Origin: Verrucomicrobiota bacterium
GTDB taxonomy: Bacteria; Verrucomicrobiota; Verrucomicrobiia; Limisphaerales; CANJXF01
Length of the DNA stretch: 22,483 bases
Reading direction: 5' to 3'
Assembly (NCBI GenBank): GCA_038214755.1
Contig: JBBQRQ010000082.1
Coordinates: 1-22,483 of the forward strand
Part shown: positions 1 to 8,896 of the stretch, piece after piece
Position numbering within the stretch: position 1 is the stretch's first letter
Layout: every line of letters starts with the position of its first letter
Notes under the pieces: model-generated
Seen by the model: the letters and a program-made list of their open reading frames with translations, nothing else
Told to the model about the DNA's origin: nothing
Database searches by the model: none
Position numbers and translations under genes: made by a program

Positions 1-73
1 CGCTCACGCGAATTTCGAGGAGGCCTAAACAGCGCGATAGCGTCTTGGAGTGCGGTGGCCCTCCACCGCTTTT
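1..73. repeat. Right part of a REP-like palindromic element, cut by the window edge
   Basis: CGCTCACGCG (1-10) pairs 8/10 with CGCGATAGCG (33-42). This is followed by TCTTGGAGT and the hairpin GCGGTGG-ccct-CCACCGC (52-69), then TTTT. It may also act as a + strand terminator. Confidence 0.55.
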
Positions 74-211
74 GCCCGCGTCACCAAGTAATAGCAGCGA
101 ACAAATAATGCAGGTCATTCCACTGAAAACGTCGAGGAGCCCAGCAGTTTAACGGTGTTTCTTTAGGTTGAGCCACTTATGGATTTGCGAATGTGGCCAT
201 CCACCTTTTCC

Positions 212-2887
212 TTAAAATCTGAGTCGATAGAATTTTTGCGTCGAGCCGGAGGGCGGGGTATAAGGAGAGACCGCTCCTGCCACATCCGTATAAGGACCCG
301 TGACGACGTTCGCTTGTTGGAGTATGCCTGCGGACCAGGTGATAATTACATTTCCACCAGACCTGGTAATCGTAATTGGATTGGAACCGAGTCGTCCCAG
401 GGAGTAATGCGCAGCAATACGGGTGGCGCTTAGAGCGGTGCTATAAATCGCTACTTCATCCACGTTGCCGGAGTAATTATTCGCCCAGCCGTTGCCAGTC
501 GAACCTATGGCCCAATCACCATTGACTACGGGCAATGCTCCGACGGGCGAAGCGTTGGTAGCCACGGCCGTTCCGTTGCGGTAGAGCTTCCAGTTGGCTC
601 CATCGTAAGTGCCAACCAAATGAATCCAATTAGTTCCTCCCAAGTCGCCACCGGGGATGGGGAAGCTCGCGCTATAGGTGGTAGTTCCAATCAGATTCGT
701 GAAGGTGGACGAACCGACCACGTAGGTTGCGCCGCTACCATCGATCCGCAGAAAAACCTCCGATGTATTAGTCACAGAATTATCCGGCGAGAGGGCAAGG
801 AAATCACTCAACGTTGCAGGCCCATGCGAGATGATACGCGCCGGGTCGACCTGGGTTGCGCCGGGTTGGATCCAGGCCTCCAAAGTTATTTGTCCGGAGA
901 TGTTCAGCCCCGCAGGATTGTTCAAGCTACCCCACTGCTTGATACCATTCAGAGGCAACGCTGTATTCGTGGACTCAAAACCTGGATAGGTCGGCCCAAC
1001 GGCTATATTGGTCGTGAGAATTAAGTTTCCATCGGCCACATAGCCGAGAGTCCCGCTATTGGTAGCCGGGTATCGGGCGGGATCATTGAACCGGAGATAC
1101 GTTTTTGGACCTTGCCTTTCTGGTCCAGTGAACGGGGCCGTGAGGACCAGCGTCTCGTAGTTTGTGCCGTAGTTTGAATTTGTTCCCGCCTGGTAATGAG
1201 CGAGAACCTGGTTTGCCGTCAACAAGTAGTTGTTATAAAAAGCAACTTCATCGGCGTCTCCTTCATATGGGTTGTTACCGAGGGTGGAAGCGGCATTATA
1301 GGAACCTATCGCCAGATCGGCGGCGGGAGAACCCGTCTCTGTCGTGCTCCGATTCGCCGCGTAAAGGGCGGCTGTATTAGTAACTACCGGTACACCGTCA
1401 ACGTAGCCCGTCAATATACCTACCCATTGATCATTCCCGTTGGCACCCACGTCTCCATTGTCGAATTGAGGTTCCCAAGTAAAGACCAGGTACTGCCACT
1501 TACCCACCGTATAGTCTGTATCAGTGAGGACATCCTGTCCGCTGGTTCCGACACCGGAATACATCCGGAAATTCCATCCATGACCTTCGGCTGGCGGATA
1601 ACTAAGGTTTGGATTGCGTTGAAACATCACCCAGCCAGTACGACCTGTGCCGCCAACCCATCGGTTGTTCGCTGGGCACTGGCCGCCCTGTTGGTCGCGC
1701 ATCGGTCTTAGCCATGTCTCAAAAGTAAAAGGGGTCCCTGCGCCGGGGTTGTTCTCGGATTTCCATGGCATGGTGGTGGTAGAGTTTCCATTTCGATTGT
1801 GGTAAGCGAAAGAACCATCGTTGGTTCGGCCAACCAATGCGCTGGCGGCAGGGTGTCTTACCTCGGCAGTGTTGGTGGCCACGCCGCTGGCGCGCAAGTC
1901 GCCCATGTTCACCGCGACGTCAGCACTCGGAGCAATCTCATCAAGCCGCAAGTACTCGACGGGGTTGAGTGACTTAACCAAGGTGTCATAGCGTGTGCTG
2001 CGATTGGCGTTGGTTCCGTTCTGATAGTGGGACAAAATTTGCGCGGCACTCAATTTATTTGAATAGAAAGCAAATTCATCGACGGCGCCGAAGTACGGAT
2101 TCAAGCTGGCCCCTGCTGTATTATTGTAATTTCCAATGGCCAGCGCGGCCGCTGTGTCCGCGTGGTCGTTGCTGTTAGCCACATAACCCGGAGTCGTGCC
2201 GGCCCAGATGTTCGTGTTCGCAGCCACGCCGTCGATGTACATAGTCACCGTTGCGTTGGTTACTTGCACGGGATCATAAACCACAACCACATGCGTCCAC
2301 TTGCCGATCTGATAAGGGACCAGACTGGTAACATCCAAACCGCCGCTGCTGCCGCTCCCTCGGTACATTCTGAAATTCCAGCCGACCGGCTCACCGCCAA
2401 AATAGGCAGGGTCAGGCTTACGTTGGAAGAAGACCCATCCTTGCCGATTCACACCAGCGCCGGAAGGAGCGTAACGATTGTTGAGCGGGCATTGGCCGGT
2501 CGCCGTCTGGTCACTGGCTGGATAGAACCAGGCTTCCACCGTGAACGGCTGAGTGTTTGTCGGGTTAATGGCCGCGTTCCAAGGGACTTCAGTTCTGGAA
2601 GAGAAATCGAAAAACTCCGAACGATTTCCGTCTCCGGCCAGCGCGCCGGGAAAGGGATGCACTACTCCCAAATCGTTGGTGGCATTTCCGGCAGAGCCCA
2701 AGCTGCCGATGTTTTTATTAATGGGCAGGCGACTGGTGTCATCGTTGAGTCGATAATATGCCTTTGGTCCGTCACTGAGGATGGTAGATTGATAATCGGC
2801 ATGAAGCGCGGGCAATAGCAGCACCGTAAAAGCAATCGAAGCAATCACTCTCACCGAAGAACTACGAGCAAGGATTTTATTTTGCAT
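212..2887 (-). CDS. Secreted protein with three LamG/concanavalin A-like lectin domains and a C-terminal FYRL tail
   Basis: Likely start is ATG 2887 (MQNKILARSS...LLLPALHA|DY, signal peptide) rather than GTG 2989. Three repeats each start P-x-x-Y-x-R-L/F-x-D/E and contain T-x-E-x-W, W-x-H/Y-x-V and DEVA/DEFA motifs typical of LamG_3. The protein ends ...SGSTQKFYRLRF. Confidence 0.85.
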   Translation of the reverse strand: MQNKILARSSSVRVIASIAFTVLLLPALHADYQSTILSDGPKAYYRLNDDTSRLPINKNIGSLGSAGNATNDLGVVHPFPGALAGDGNRSEFFDFSSRTEVPWNAAINPTNTQPFTVEAWFYPASDQTATGQCPLNNRYAPSGAGVNRQGWVFFQRKPDPAYFGGEPVGWNFRMYRGSGSSGGLDVTSLVPYQIGKWTHVVVVYDPVQVTNATVTMYIDGVAANTNIWAGTTPGYVANSNDHADTAAALAIGNYNNTAGASLNPYFGAVDEFAFYSNKLSAAQILSHYQNGTNANRSTRYDTLVKSLNPVEYLRLDEIAPSADVAVNMGDLRASGVATNTAEVRHPAASALVGRTNDGSFAYHNRNGNSTTTMPWKSENNPGAGTPFTFETWLRPMRDQQGGQCPANNRWVGGTGRTGWVMFQRNPNLSYPPAEGHGWNFRMYSGVGTSGQDVLTDTDYTVGKWQYLVFTWEPQFDNGDVGANGNDQWVGILTGYVDGVPVVTNTAALYAANRSTTETGSPAADLAIGSYNAASTLGNNPYEGDADEVAFYNNYLLTANQVLAHYQAGTNSNYGTNYETLVLTAPFTGPERQGPKTYLRFNDPARYPATNSGTLGYVADGNLILTTNIAVGPTYPGFESTNTALPLNGIKQWGSLNNPAGLNISGQITLEAWIQPGATQVDPARIISHGPATLSDFLALSPDNSVTNTSEVFLRIDGSGATYVVGSSTFTNLIGTTTYSASFPIPGGDLGGTNWIHLVGTYDGANWKLYRNGTAVATNASPVGALPVVNGDWAIGSTGNGWANNYSGNVDEVAIYSTALSATRIAAHYSLGRLGSNPITITRSGGNVIITWSAGILQQANVVTGPYTDVAGAVSPYTPPSGSTQKFYRLRF

Positions 2888-2926
2888 AGGTTTATTTTGA
2901 TTAGATTTGGACGGAGGCCTGAGGCT

Positions 2927-2955
2927 TAAGTAGCAATCCCATTCAAAGTCGTCAA
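2927..2955 (-). promoter_or_regulatory. Possible sigma70-type promoter for the LamG gene
   Basis: Minus strand TTGACG-N17-TACTTA about 40 nt upstream of ATG 2887. The -10 match is weak. Confidence 0.3.
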
Positions 2956-3042
2956 CCATTGTTTGCGTATTTCGACTCCGAGTAGCCACTCAGGAGCGGC
3001 GCCGGTGAGCAAAATCTTTATGAAATGCGCCTCGAACGAAAG

Positions 3043-4479
3043 TTACTCGGCGCGCTTCTTGCCTTTTTGCGGTGGAGTTTCTTTTCCTGGTGAATAGTCC
3101 CTGGCGAACTCATCATACGAGGCTTTCAATCGCTTGACCGTCTCCGGATTCTTCTCCGCTACATTGTGCTGCTCGCTCGGGTCAGTAGATAGATCGAACA
3201 ACGCCATAGGTTGCGGCGCGTCCCCTGTTCGCACACCGGGATAGTCGGAGGGTTGATGTTGTTCGTAGGGCGCGAGAAGAGTTACACCATCGGGAGCGCG
3301 GGGGTCTATCCAACGTTCGCCTGCGACCATTTTATCTTTGCGGTCATTCGCTGGCAGCACGTGTAACTTCCATCTGGCATCCCGCACCGTAGCCAACTGC
3401 GCGCCTTGATGTCCTAAGATAACTTCATGCGGACTTTTGTTATCGGAGGTAAAGAGCGGAAGGATGCTCGCTCCATCTATAACTCGATCCGAAGGCGGGT
3501 CAATCCCGGCAACCTTTAATGCCGTGGAAAATAAATCCATCATCACCGCAGGTTGCGCGCTCGTATGTCCGCCAGGAATCCTTCCCGGCCAACGCGCAAT
3601 GCAGGGCACGCGATAGCCACCTTCCCAACTGGTTCCCTTCATACCCCGCAAACCACCGCTGCTCCCTCCATACCACGGGCCGTTATCACTGGTGAAAATG
3701 ATCAGGGTGTGGTCATCAAGTCCCAGTTCCTTCACCTTGTTCAACACCTGGCCCACGCTATGATCAAGCTCGGAGATGACATCGCCATACAACCCCGCGC
3801 CACTTTGTTTGTAATACTTTTCCGAAGCAGCGAGCGGTTTGTGCGGCATGGCATGGGCGAAGTAAAAGAAAAATGGTTTGGACTTGTTGGCCTCCATGAA
3901 GTTGAGCGCCCGTTCGGTGTAACGTTGTGTCAACGTTGCCTGCACCACGGGATACTCGACTACCTTTTCTCCGTCAAGAACCTGCACCGGCCGCATGTCG
4001 TTGCTATAAAGTATTCCGAAATATTCGTCGAAGCCGCGATGGGTTGGAAAAAATTCCGGCTTGGAATGGCCGAGGTGCCACTTACCCACCATGCCGGTAG
4101 CGTAACCTGCCTTGCGAAAAAGTTGCGCCAAAGTAACCTCGTTCGTAGGCAGCCCAATGTCCTTGAATTGCCCGCCAAAATCTGGCGCAGGATTCGACGT
4201 CATTCCGCAACGAAAGGGATAACGTCCGGTCAGCAACGAAGCGCGAGTAGGCGCGCAAAATGGCATGGGAGTATTGAAGTGAGTCAGACGTGCGCCCTCC
4301 GCCGCCATCCGGTCGAGGTTGGGCGTCTTGAACCTGGGATGACCATAGCAGGCCAGGTCGCCATAACCCAGGTCGTCGGCCAGGATGAAGATGACATTGG
4401 GCCGAGGTGAATCAGCCGCAAAGAGGTGAGAGATTGTCGCCAGCAGAAGTAATACGAAGGAGAAGCATTTGCTTAACAT
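3043..4479 (-). CDS. Formylglycine-dependent sulfatase (S1 family, arylsulfatase A-like), exported
   Basis: Motifs PNVIFILADDLGYGD, CAPTRASLLTGR (CxPxR), GKWHLG and FTSDNGP. A signal peptide MLSKCFSFVLLLLATISHLFA follows ATG 4479. Confidence 0.93.
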   Translation of the reverse strand: MLSKCFSFVLLLLATISHLFAADSPRPNVIFILADDLGYGDLACYGHPRFKTPNLDRMAAEGARLTHFNTPMPFCAPTRASLLTGRYPFRCGMTSNPAPDFGGQFKDIGLPTNEVTLAQLFRKAGYATGMVGKWHLGHSKPEFFPTHRGFDEYFGILYSNDMRPVQVLDGEKVVEYPVVQATLTQRYTERALNFMEANKSKPFFFYFAHAMPHKPLAASEKYYKQSGAGLYGDVISELDHSVGQVLNKVKELGLDDHTLIIFTSDNGPWYGGSSGGLRGMKGTSWEGGYRVPCIARWPGRIPGGHTSAQPAVMMDLFSTALKVAGIDPPSDRVIDGASILPLFTSDNKSPHEVILGHQGAQLATVRDARWKLHVLPANDRKDKMVAGERWIDPRAPDGVTLLAPYEQHQPSDYPGVRTGDAPQPMALFDLSTDPSEQHNVAEKNPETVKRLKASYDEFARDYSPGKETPPQKGKKRAE

Positions 4480-4581
4480 AGGAGGAAAATGAATTGAGAC
4501 CTTGTGAAATACAAGCCGCTTCATATTCTCCTGATCAGAAAGTTCGCCACGCAGAACACTCAGACACAACAATTATTTCTT

Positions 4582-4896
4582 ATGGAAAACGACGAGAACA
4601 TATCACTCAAGACAGGAGAAGTCTTCGAAGTTAAACTACAACGCAGCGCTGGTACTGGTTTGCAACTGCGCCATAGGTGTGAGGACGAATCCATCGTTCA
4701 AGTTCGAAGAAAGGAACAGGTTCCTGCGGACGCTGCTGAAACAAGGCCCGCGAAACTCGGTGGACCAATCCTTGCCCATTACATAATAGAAGCGTTGAAG
4801 GAAGGAGAAACCAAAGTGACCTTTTATGAAACCAGACCGTGGGACAAAAACTTCAAGGAAATCATTCAGAAGCAAATCAGCGTCAAAGTAAGTTAG
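4582..4896 (+). CDS. Chagasin/I42-family cysteine protease inhibitor-like protein
   Basis: 104 aa from ATG 4582. Shows GEVFEVKL, SAGTG (NPTTG-equivalent loop), LGGP (GxGG loop), G-E-T-x-V-x-F and the RPW loop in the I42 order. Confidence 0.7.
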   Translation: MENDENISLKTGEVFEVKLQRSAGTGLQLRHRCEDESIVQVRRKEQVPADAAETRPAKLGGPILAHYIIEALKEGETKVTFYETRPWDKNFKEIIQKQISVKVS

Positions 4897-4945
4897 GCGA
4901 TAATAAATTTCTCGCGCTCGTATGACGCAACTTGTCACTGCCATC

Positions 4946-5057
4946 GTAGCGCCGGTTTCCAACCTGCTATCGCCGGTTTCTAACCGGCAGCGTTTGAAAC
5001 ATGGGCGCGTCTGCGGATTGGAAATCCGGGACAGAGCAGATTAGAAATCTGCGCTAC
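4946..5057. repeat. GTAG-type REP doublet (REPIN-like)
   Basis: Begins GTAGCGCCGGTTTCCAACCTGCT and ends AGCAGATTAGAAATCTGCGCTAC (imperfect inverted arms). Inner hairpins are CCGGTTTCTAACCGG and CGGATTGGAAATCCG. Confidence 0.75.
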
Positions 5058-5189
5058 CATGTCGCTACTCTGGCGCTGATTGCGGTAGTGGCAAGATACG
5101 CCCCCGCATCTCGGTCCTTTTTAATTTCTCTTTTTTGCTTCTCAGCCGGACTTTAAAGTGTCTCGCTTGATGGCGTAACGAAAAACGAA

Positions 5190-5738
5190 ATGACTCCGAA
5201 ACCGAATATCGTTCTCGGCGTGACCGGCTCCATCGCCGCGTACAAAGCGCCTGACTTGACCAGTCGGCTTGTCCAGGCGGAATGCGATGTGCATGTCGTT
5301 CTGACCAGCGACGCGCAAAAATTTATTACCTCGCTCGCTTTCAAAACGCTCTCGCGCAATCCGGTCGTGACCGATTTGTATGACGAAGAAAATGGTTGGA
5401 AACCTCTTCACATCAAATTGGCTGACGAAGCGAATTTACTTTTGATCGCCCCCGCCACCGCAAATGTGTTGGCGAAACTGGCCCACGGAATTGCGGACGA
5501 TTCTTTGACTTGCATCGCCCTCGCGCTGAATTCGCAGGCAAAAATCTTAATCGCCCCCGCCATGAATGGAAAAATGTGGAACCACGCCGCGACCCAACAA
5601 AATGTCAGCACGCTGCGATCACGCGGAGTGGAATTTATTGGGCCAGAAGAAGGAATGCTCTCGTGCGGATACGAAGGGTTGGGGCGGCTTTGGCCGGTGG
5701 AGCAAATTGCCAAACGCACTGTGGAGTTGCTAAGATAG
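5190..5738 (+). CDS. coaC: Phosphopantothenoylcysteine decarboxylase (stand-alone CoaC, HFCD flavoprotein)
   Basis: Motifs GVTGSIAAYK, HIKLA, APATAN, PAMNxxMW and the substrate clamp LSCGYEGLGRL. At 182 aa it has no CoaB domain. Confidence 0.88.
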   Translation: MTPKPNIVLGVTGSIAAYKAPDLTSRLVQAECDVHVVLTSDAQKFITSLAFKTLSRNPVVTDLYDEENGWKPLHIKLADEANLLLIAPATANVLAKLAHGIADDSLTCIALALNSQAKILIAPAMNGKMWNHAATQQNVSTLRSRGVEFIGPEEGMLSCGYEGLGRLWPVEQIAKRTVELLR

Positions 5739-5744
5739 CGCTGT

Positions 5745-7154
5745 ATGAAATTCGACGTCCGCCTGGCCGCGAAGAAATTCGCCCGGCTGGCGGTTTCTCC
5801 CGGTCTGGAACCCCCGCTCCAGGCTGCGCGCATTCAAACTTTTCAACGAGACATTCTGCTGCCGATCAAAGCCCTGCTCATTCTGACGCTGGTTTATTAT
5901 TTTTACTTTTCCAACTGGATCGATCAAGCGCACAGCAACCGCGAAGTCGCGTTGGAAACGACCACCCGGTTTTTTCTCTTTTACGTGCTGGTCAACATCG
6001 CCGTCGGCGCGGTCTTCGTCGCGGTCAAGAAACTTCCCCTGCACGTTTTACAATGGACCATTTTCGCACTGGGCTTATTGGATGCGCTGCTGTTCGCGGC
6101 GTTGACCCTGATTACGGGCGGGTTCGACAGCATTCTCTACTGGGTTTTTCCGGCGCTCATCATCCAAAACGCCATCAGCATTCCGCTGGCGACGCCGCAG
6201 ATAATCCTGAATCTTCTGGTTTGTTTCTTTTATGTTCTGGGAGGTGCGCTGGACGTCATCATCAGCGGAGAGGACGCGATTTTTTTGGCGACGCTGGATG
6301 CCGGGACGCGGCACGCGTTTGGATATGGTCACTCGGAACCCACGACCGAACCATTTCTCTTACGCGCCATCGTTCTGTTGTTGTTGACCATTTGCTGTTA
6401 TGGCGTGCAATCGTTGTTCGAGAAACAGCGGCGGGCGGAAGAGGAAGGTGAGGAATTTGTTTTCCGGCAGCAACAATTGCATTCGGCCGGACGGCTCGCC
6501 GCGCGAATTGCGCATCAAATAAAAAATCCGTTGAGCATCATCAACAACGCCGCGTTCTCGTTGCAGCGGGCTGGGGCGGGAGAAAAAAATTCCACCAGCG
6601 AACAAATCCAAATCATCCGCGAAGAAGTGGATCGCGCCGACCGCATCATCACGGAGCTGATGGGTTACGCGCAACTGGCCGAAGGGAAAGTCGAAAAGAT
6701 CAGTGTCACCGAAGAACTCGAGCGTGCCATCACGCAGGTCTTTCCGCCCGCCGCCAGATACGATGTGGAAATACAGCGCGACTACATGCCGGCGTTGCCC
6801 ACGCTGATGATGCAACGCGGGCATCTTTCGGAAACTTTCGTCAACCTTCTGCAAAATGCTCGCGAGGCCATGAGCGGCCACGGTCAAATCCAAATTACCG
6901 CGGCGCACGGCCCGAATTTGTCCGTCGTTATCATCCTCGCCGATTCGGGGCCGGGCATTCCGAAAGACAAAGCGCAAAAAATTTTTGAGCCGTATTTCAG
7001 CACGAAAGAAAAAGGAACGGGCCTCGGTCTGGCCATCGTCAAACACAACGTGGAAATTTACGGAGGCAAAGTTTCGGTGGAATCGGAGCTTGGACAGGGC
7101 GCGCGATTCACGCTAGAGTTTCCGGCAAAAAGCCAGATGAAACTAAGCCAATGA
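5745..7154 (+). CDS. Membrane sensor histidine kinase (NtrB/AtoS-like HisKA + HATPase_c)
   Basis: Several N-terminal TM helices, H-box IAHQIKNPL, N-box NLLQNAREA, G1 DSGPGI, F-box IFEPYFSTK and G2 GTGLGL. Confidence 0.93.
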   Translation: MKFDVRLAAKKFARLAVSPGLEPPLQAARIQTFQRDILLPIKALLILTLVYYFYFSNWIDQAHSNREVALETTTRFFLFYVLVNIAVGAVFVAVKKLPLHVLQWTIFALGLLDALLFAALTLITGGFDSILYWVFPALIIQNAISIPLATPQIILNLLVCFFYVLGGALDVIISGEDAIFLATLDAGTRHAFGYGHSEPTTEPFLLRAIVLLLLTICCYGVQSLFEKQRRAEEEGEEFVFRQQQLHSAGRLAARIAHQIKNPLSIINNAAFSLQRAGAGEKNSTSEQIQIIREEVDRADRIITELMGYAQLAEGKVEKISVTEELERAITQVFPPAARYDVEIQRDYMPALPTLMMQRGHLSETFVNLLQNAREAMSGHGQIQITAAHGPNLSVVIILADSGPGIPKDKAQKIFEPYFSTKEKGTGLGLAIVKHNVEIYGGKVSVESELGQGARFTLEFPAKSQMKLSQ

Positions 7155-8569
7155 GCGTCGCCCTCCCATCTGTTCTCGTCGTCGATGATGAGAAAAATAT
7201 GCGGCTCTCCCTCAAAAATATTTTGACGGACGAGGGCTATCACGCCCGCGTGGTGGAGTCGGCGGAGGACGCCTTAATTTTGTTGGCGCAGGAAGAATTT
7301 TTACTCGTCATCACCGACGCGCAACTCGGCGGCATGAGCGGTTACGAATTTATAAAACAAACCAAAAATCGCTGGCCGGAAATTCCGCTTTTGATGATCA
7401 CCGCCTATGCCACGCCCAAGCTCGCGGTCGAAGCCATCAAAGCCGGCGCGTTGGATTATTTGGCCAAGCCCTTCGCTCCCGAAGAACTTTTGCACGCGGT
7501 CGCTCGTTGCGCCGAGCGTTATCGCCTGCTCAAGGACAACGCCGCCTTGCGCGCAAAAACGGTGGAGCCGTACAACCTGGAGCAAATCATCGGCGAATCT
7601 CCCAGGATGAAAGAGCTTAGGCAATTGATTCAAACCGTCGCGCCGACCAACGCCACCGTTTTAATTCTGGGTGAAACGGGAACGGGAAAAGAATTGATTG
7701 CGGGCGCCATTCACAGCTTGAGCGAGCGTCGAAATAAAAATTATGTCCGCATCAATTGCGCGGCGATTCCCGAAACGTTGCTCGAGAGCGAGTTGTTCGG
7801 ACACGAAAAAGGCGCGTTCACCGGCGCGTTGAAACAAAAGCCGGGCCGCGTGGAAGAGGCCGATGGAGGGACAATTTTCCTCGACGAAATCGGCGACATG
7901 AGCCGGTCACTGCAAGCCAAGCTGCTGCGTTTTTTGGAGGACGGCAGCTTCACGCGCGTCGGCGGCAACGAGGAATTGCGCGTCGATGTGCGGCTGATCG
8001 CGGCCACCAATCGCGACATCATCGAAGCCATCCGGCAAAACCAATTTCGCGAAGATTTGTTTCATCGCTTAAACGTTGTTCAGTTCCGCCCGCCGCCACT
8101 GCGCGACCGCGGCACCGACATTCTTTTGTTGGCGGAAGAATTTTTGCGCCATTTCAACCACGCCATGAAAAAGCGCGTGGAAAAAATTTCCGAGGCGGCG
8201 AAAGAAAAACTTCTTACTCATTCGTGGCCGGGGAATGTTCGCTGCTTGCGCAATGTCATTGAGCGCGCGGTTATTTTGGAGACGACCTCGGAAATTCAAG
8301 CGGCGAGCCTGCCGGATTTTCAGTTGGAATCGCTCTTGCGCAAATCCGACGCGCCGGTTTTTTCTTCCAAAGATTCGCTCGACGAGTTGATGGCGGGATT
8401 CGAAAGCCAGGTCATTTCCAGCACGCTCGCCCAAAATCATTTCAATCTTTCCAAGAGCGCCGACCAATTGAAGATCAGCCGCCACGCGCTGCGTTATCGA
8501 ATGCAGCGGCTGAATATCGGAAGTTCCGATGAAGAAGAACCCATTCCTCACGTGAGGGAGGTCGCATGA
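7151..8569 (+). CDS. Sigma54-dependent response regulator (NtrC family: REC, AAA+, Fis-type HTH)
   Basis: REC motifs VVDDE, ITD and KPF; Walker A GETGTGKE; ESELFGHEKGAFTGA; FLDEIG; WPGNVR; C-terminal HTH. ATGA overlap with the kinase gene. Confidence 0.95.
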   Translation: MSVALPSVLVVDDEKNMRLSLKNILTDEGYHARVVESAEDALILLAQEEFLLVITDAQLGGMSGYEFIKQTKNRWPEIPLLMITAYATPKLAVEAIKAGALDYLAKPFAPEELLHAVARCAERYRLLKDNAALRAKTVEPYNLEQIIGESPRMKELRQLIQTVAPTNATVLILGETGTGKELIAGAIHSLSERRNKNYVRINCAAIPETLLESELFGHEKGAFTGALKQKPGRVEEADGGTIFLDEIGDMSRSLQAKLLRFLEDGSFTRVGGNEELRVDVRLIAATNRDIIEAIRQNQFREDLFHRLNVVQFRPPPLRDRGTDILLLAEEFLRHFNHAMKKRVEKISEAAKEKLLTHSWPGNVRCLRNVIERAVILETTSEIQAASLPDFQLESLLRKSDAPVFSSKDSLDELMAGFESQVISSTLAQNHFNLSKSADQLKISRHALRYRMQRLNIGSSDEEEPIPHVREVA

Positions 8570-8895
8570 CATCGTCGTTTGATGCGCAGATCGATCCGCT
8601 GTTGGAGATGCGACACGATTCATCCACGCCGAGTCATTGGCGGGATTTGTTGATCATTCTGGGCATCGCCCTCGTCCTGGTCGCGCTGTTTTTTATTTGG
8701 GCGGTTTACATTCGCAAACGCAAGCGGCGGGTTTCACGTTCGCTTTCAAGGGAGCTTCCCCACCCAATCCCGCGTCCACCTCGTGAGCGCAGAAGGAAAC
8801 GCCGGCGCCGCTGGAAAAATCGCAATCCTACCCTGGAGCAGACCGGTGGTTTGCCTGCCGAAAAAATCGAACCCGCCTCTCCTGACGCCGGCTAA
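8566..8895 (+). CDS. Small single-TM membrane protein with Arg-rich tail, unknown function
   Basis: ATGA overlap with the regulator and a stop 1 nt before hpnD. Has a TM segment LLIILGIALVLVALFFIWAVYI followed by RKRKRR...RERRRKRRRR and RNPTLEQTGGLP. Confidence 0.75.
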   Translation: MTSSFDAQIDPLLEMRHDSSTPSHWRDLLIILGIALVLVALFFIWAVYIRKRKRRVSRSLSRELPHPIPRPPRERRRKRRRRWKNRNPTLEQTGGLPAEKIEPASPDAG

Positions 8896-8896
8896 C

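Noticed and set aside
3553..4410. Long antisense or alternate-frame ORFs (also 5510-6451, 12854-13774, 17554-18303 and others)
   Set aside because: Shadow ORFs overlapping well-supported genes, with no domain motifs.
5096..5189. Sigma54 -24/-12 promoter for the regulator operon
   Set aside because: No correctly spaced TGGC-N7-TTGC match was found by eye here or in the other intergenic regions checked.
5190..5738. HFCD flavoprotein as a LanD/EpiD-type RiPP decarboxylase
   Set aside because: It has the CoaC-type clamp (LSCGYEGLGRL) and GSIAAYK. No Cys-terminated precursor or lanthipeptide enzymes are nearby.
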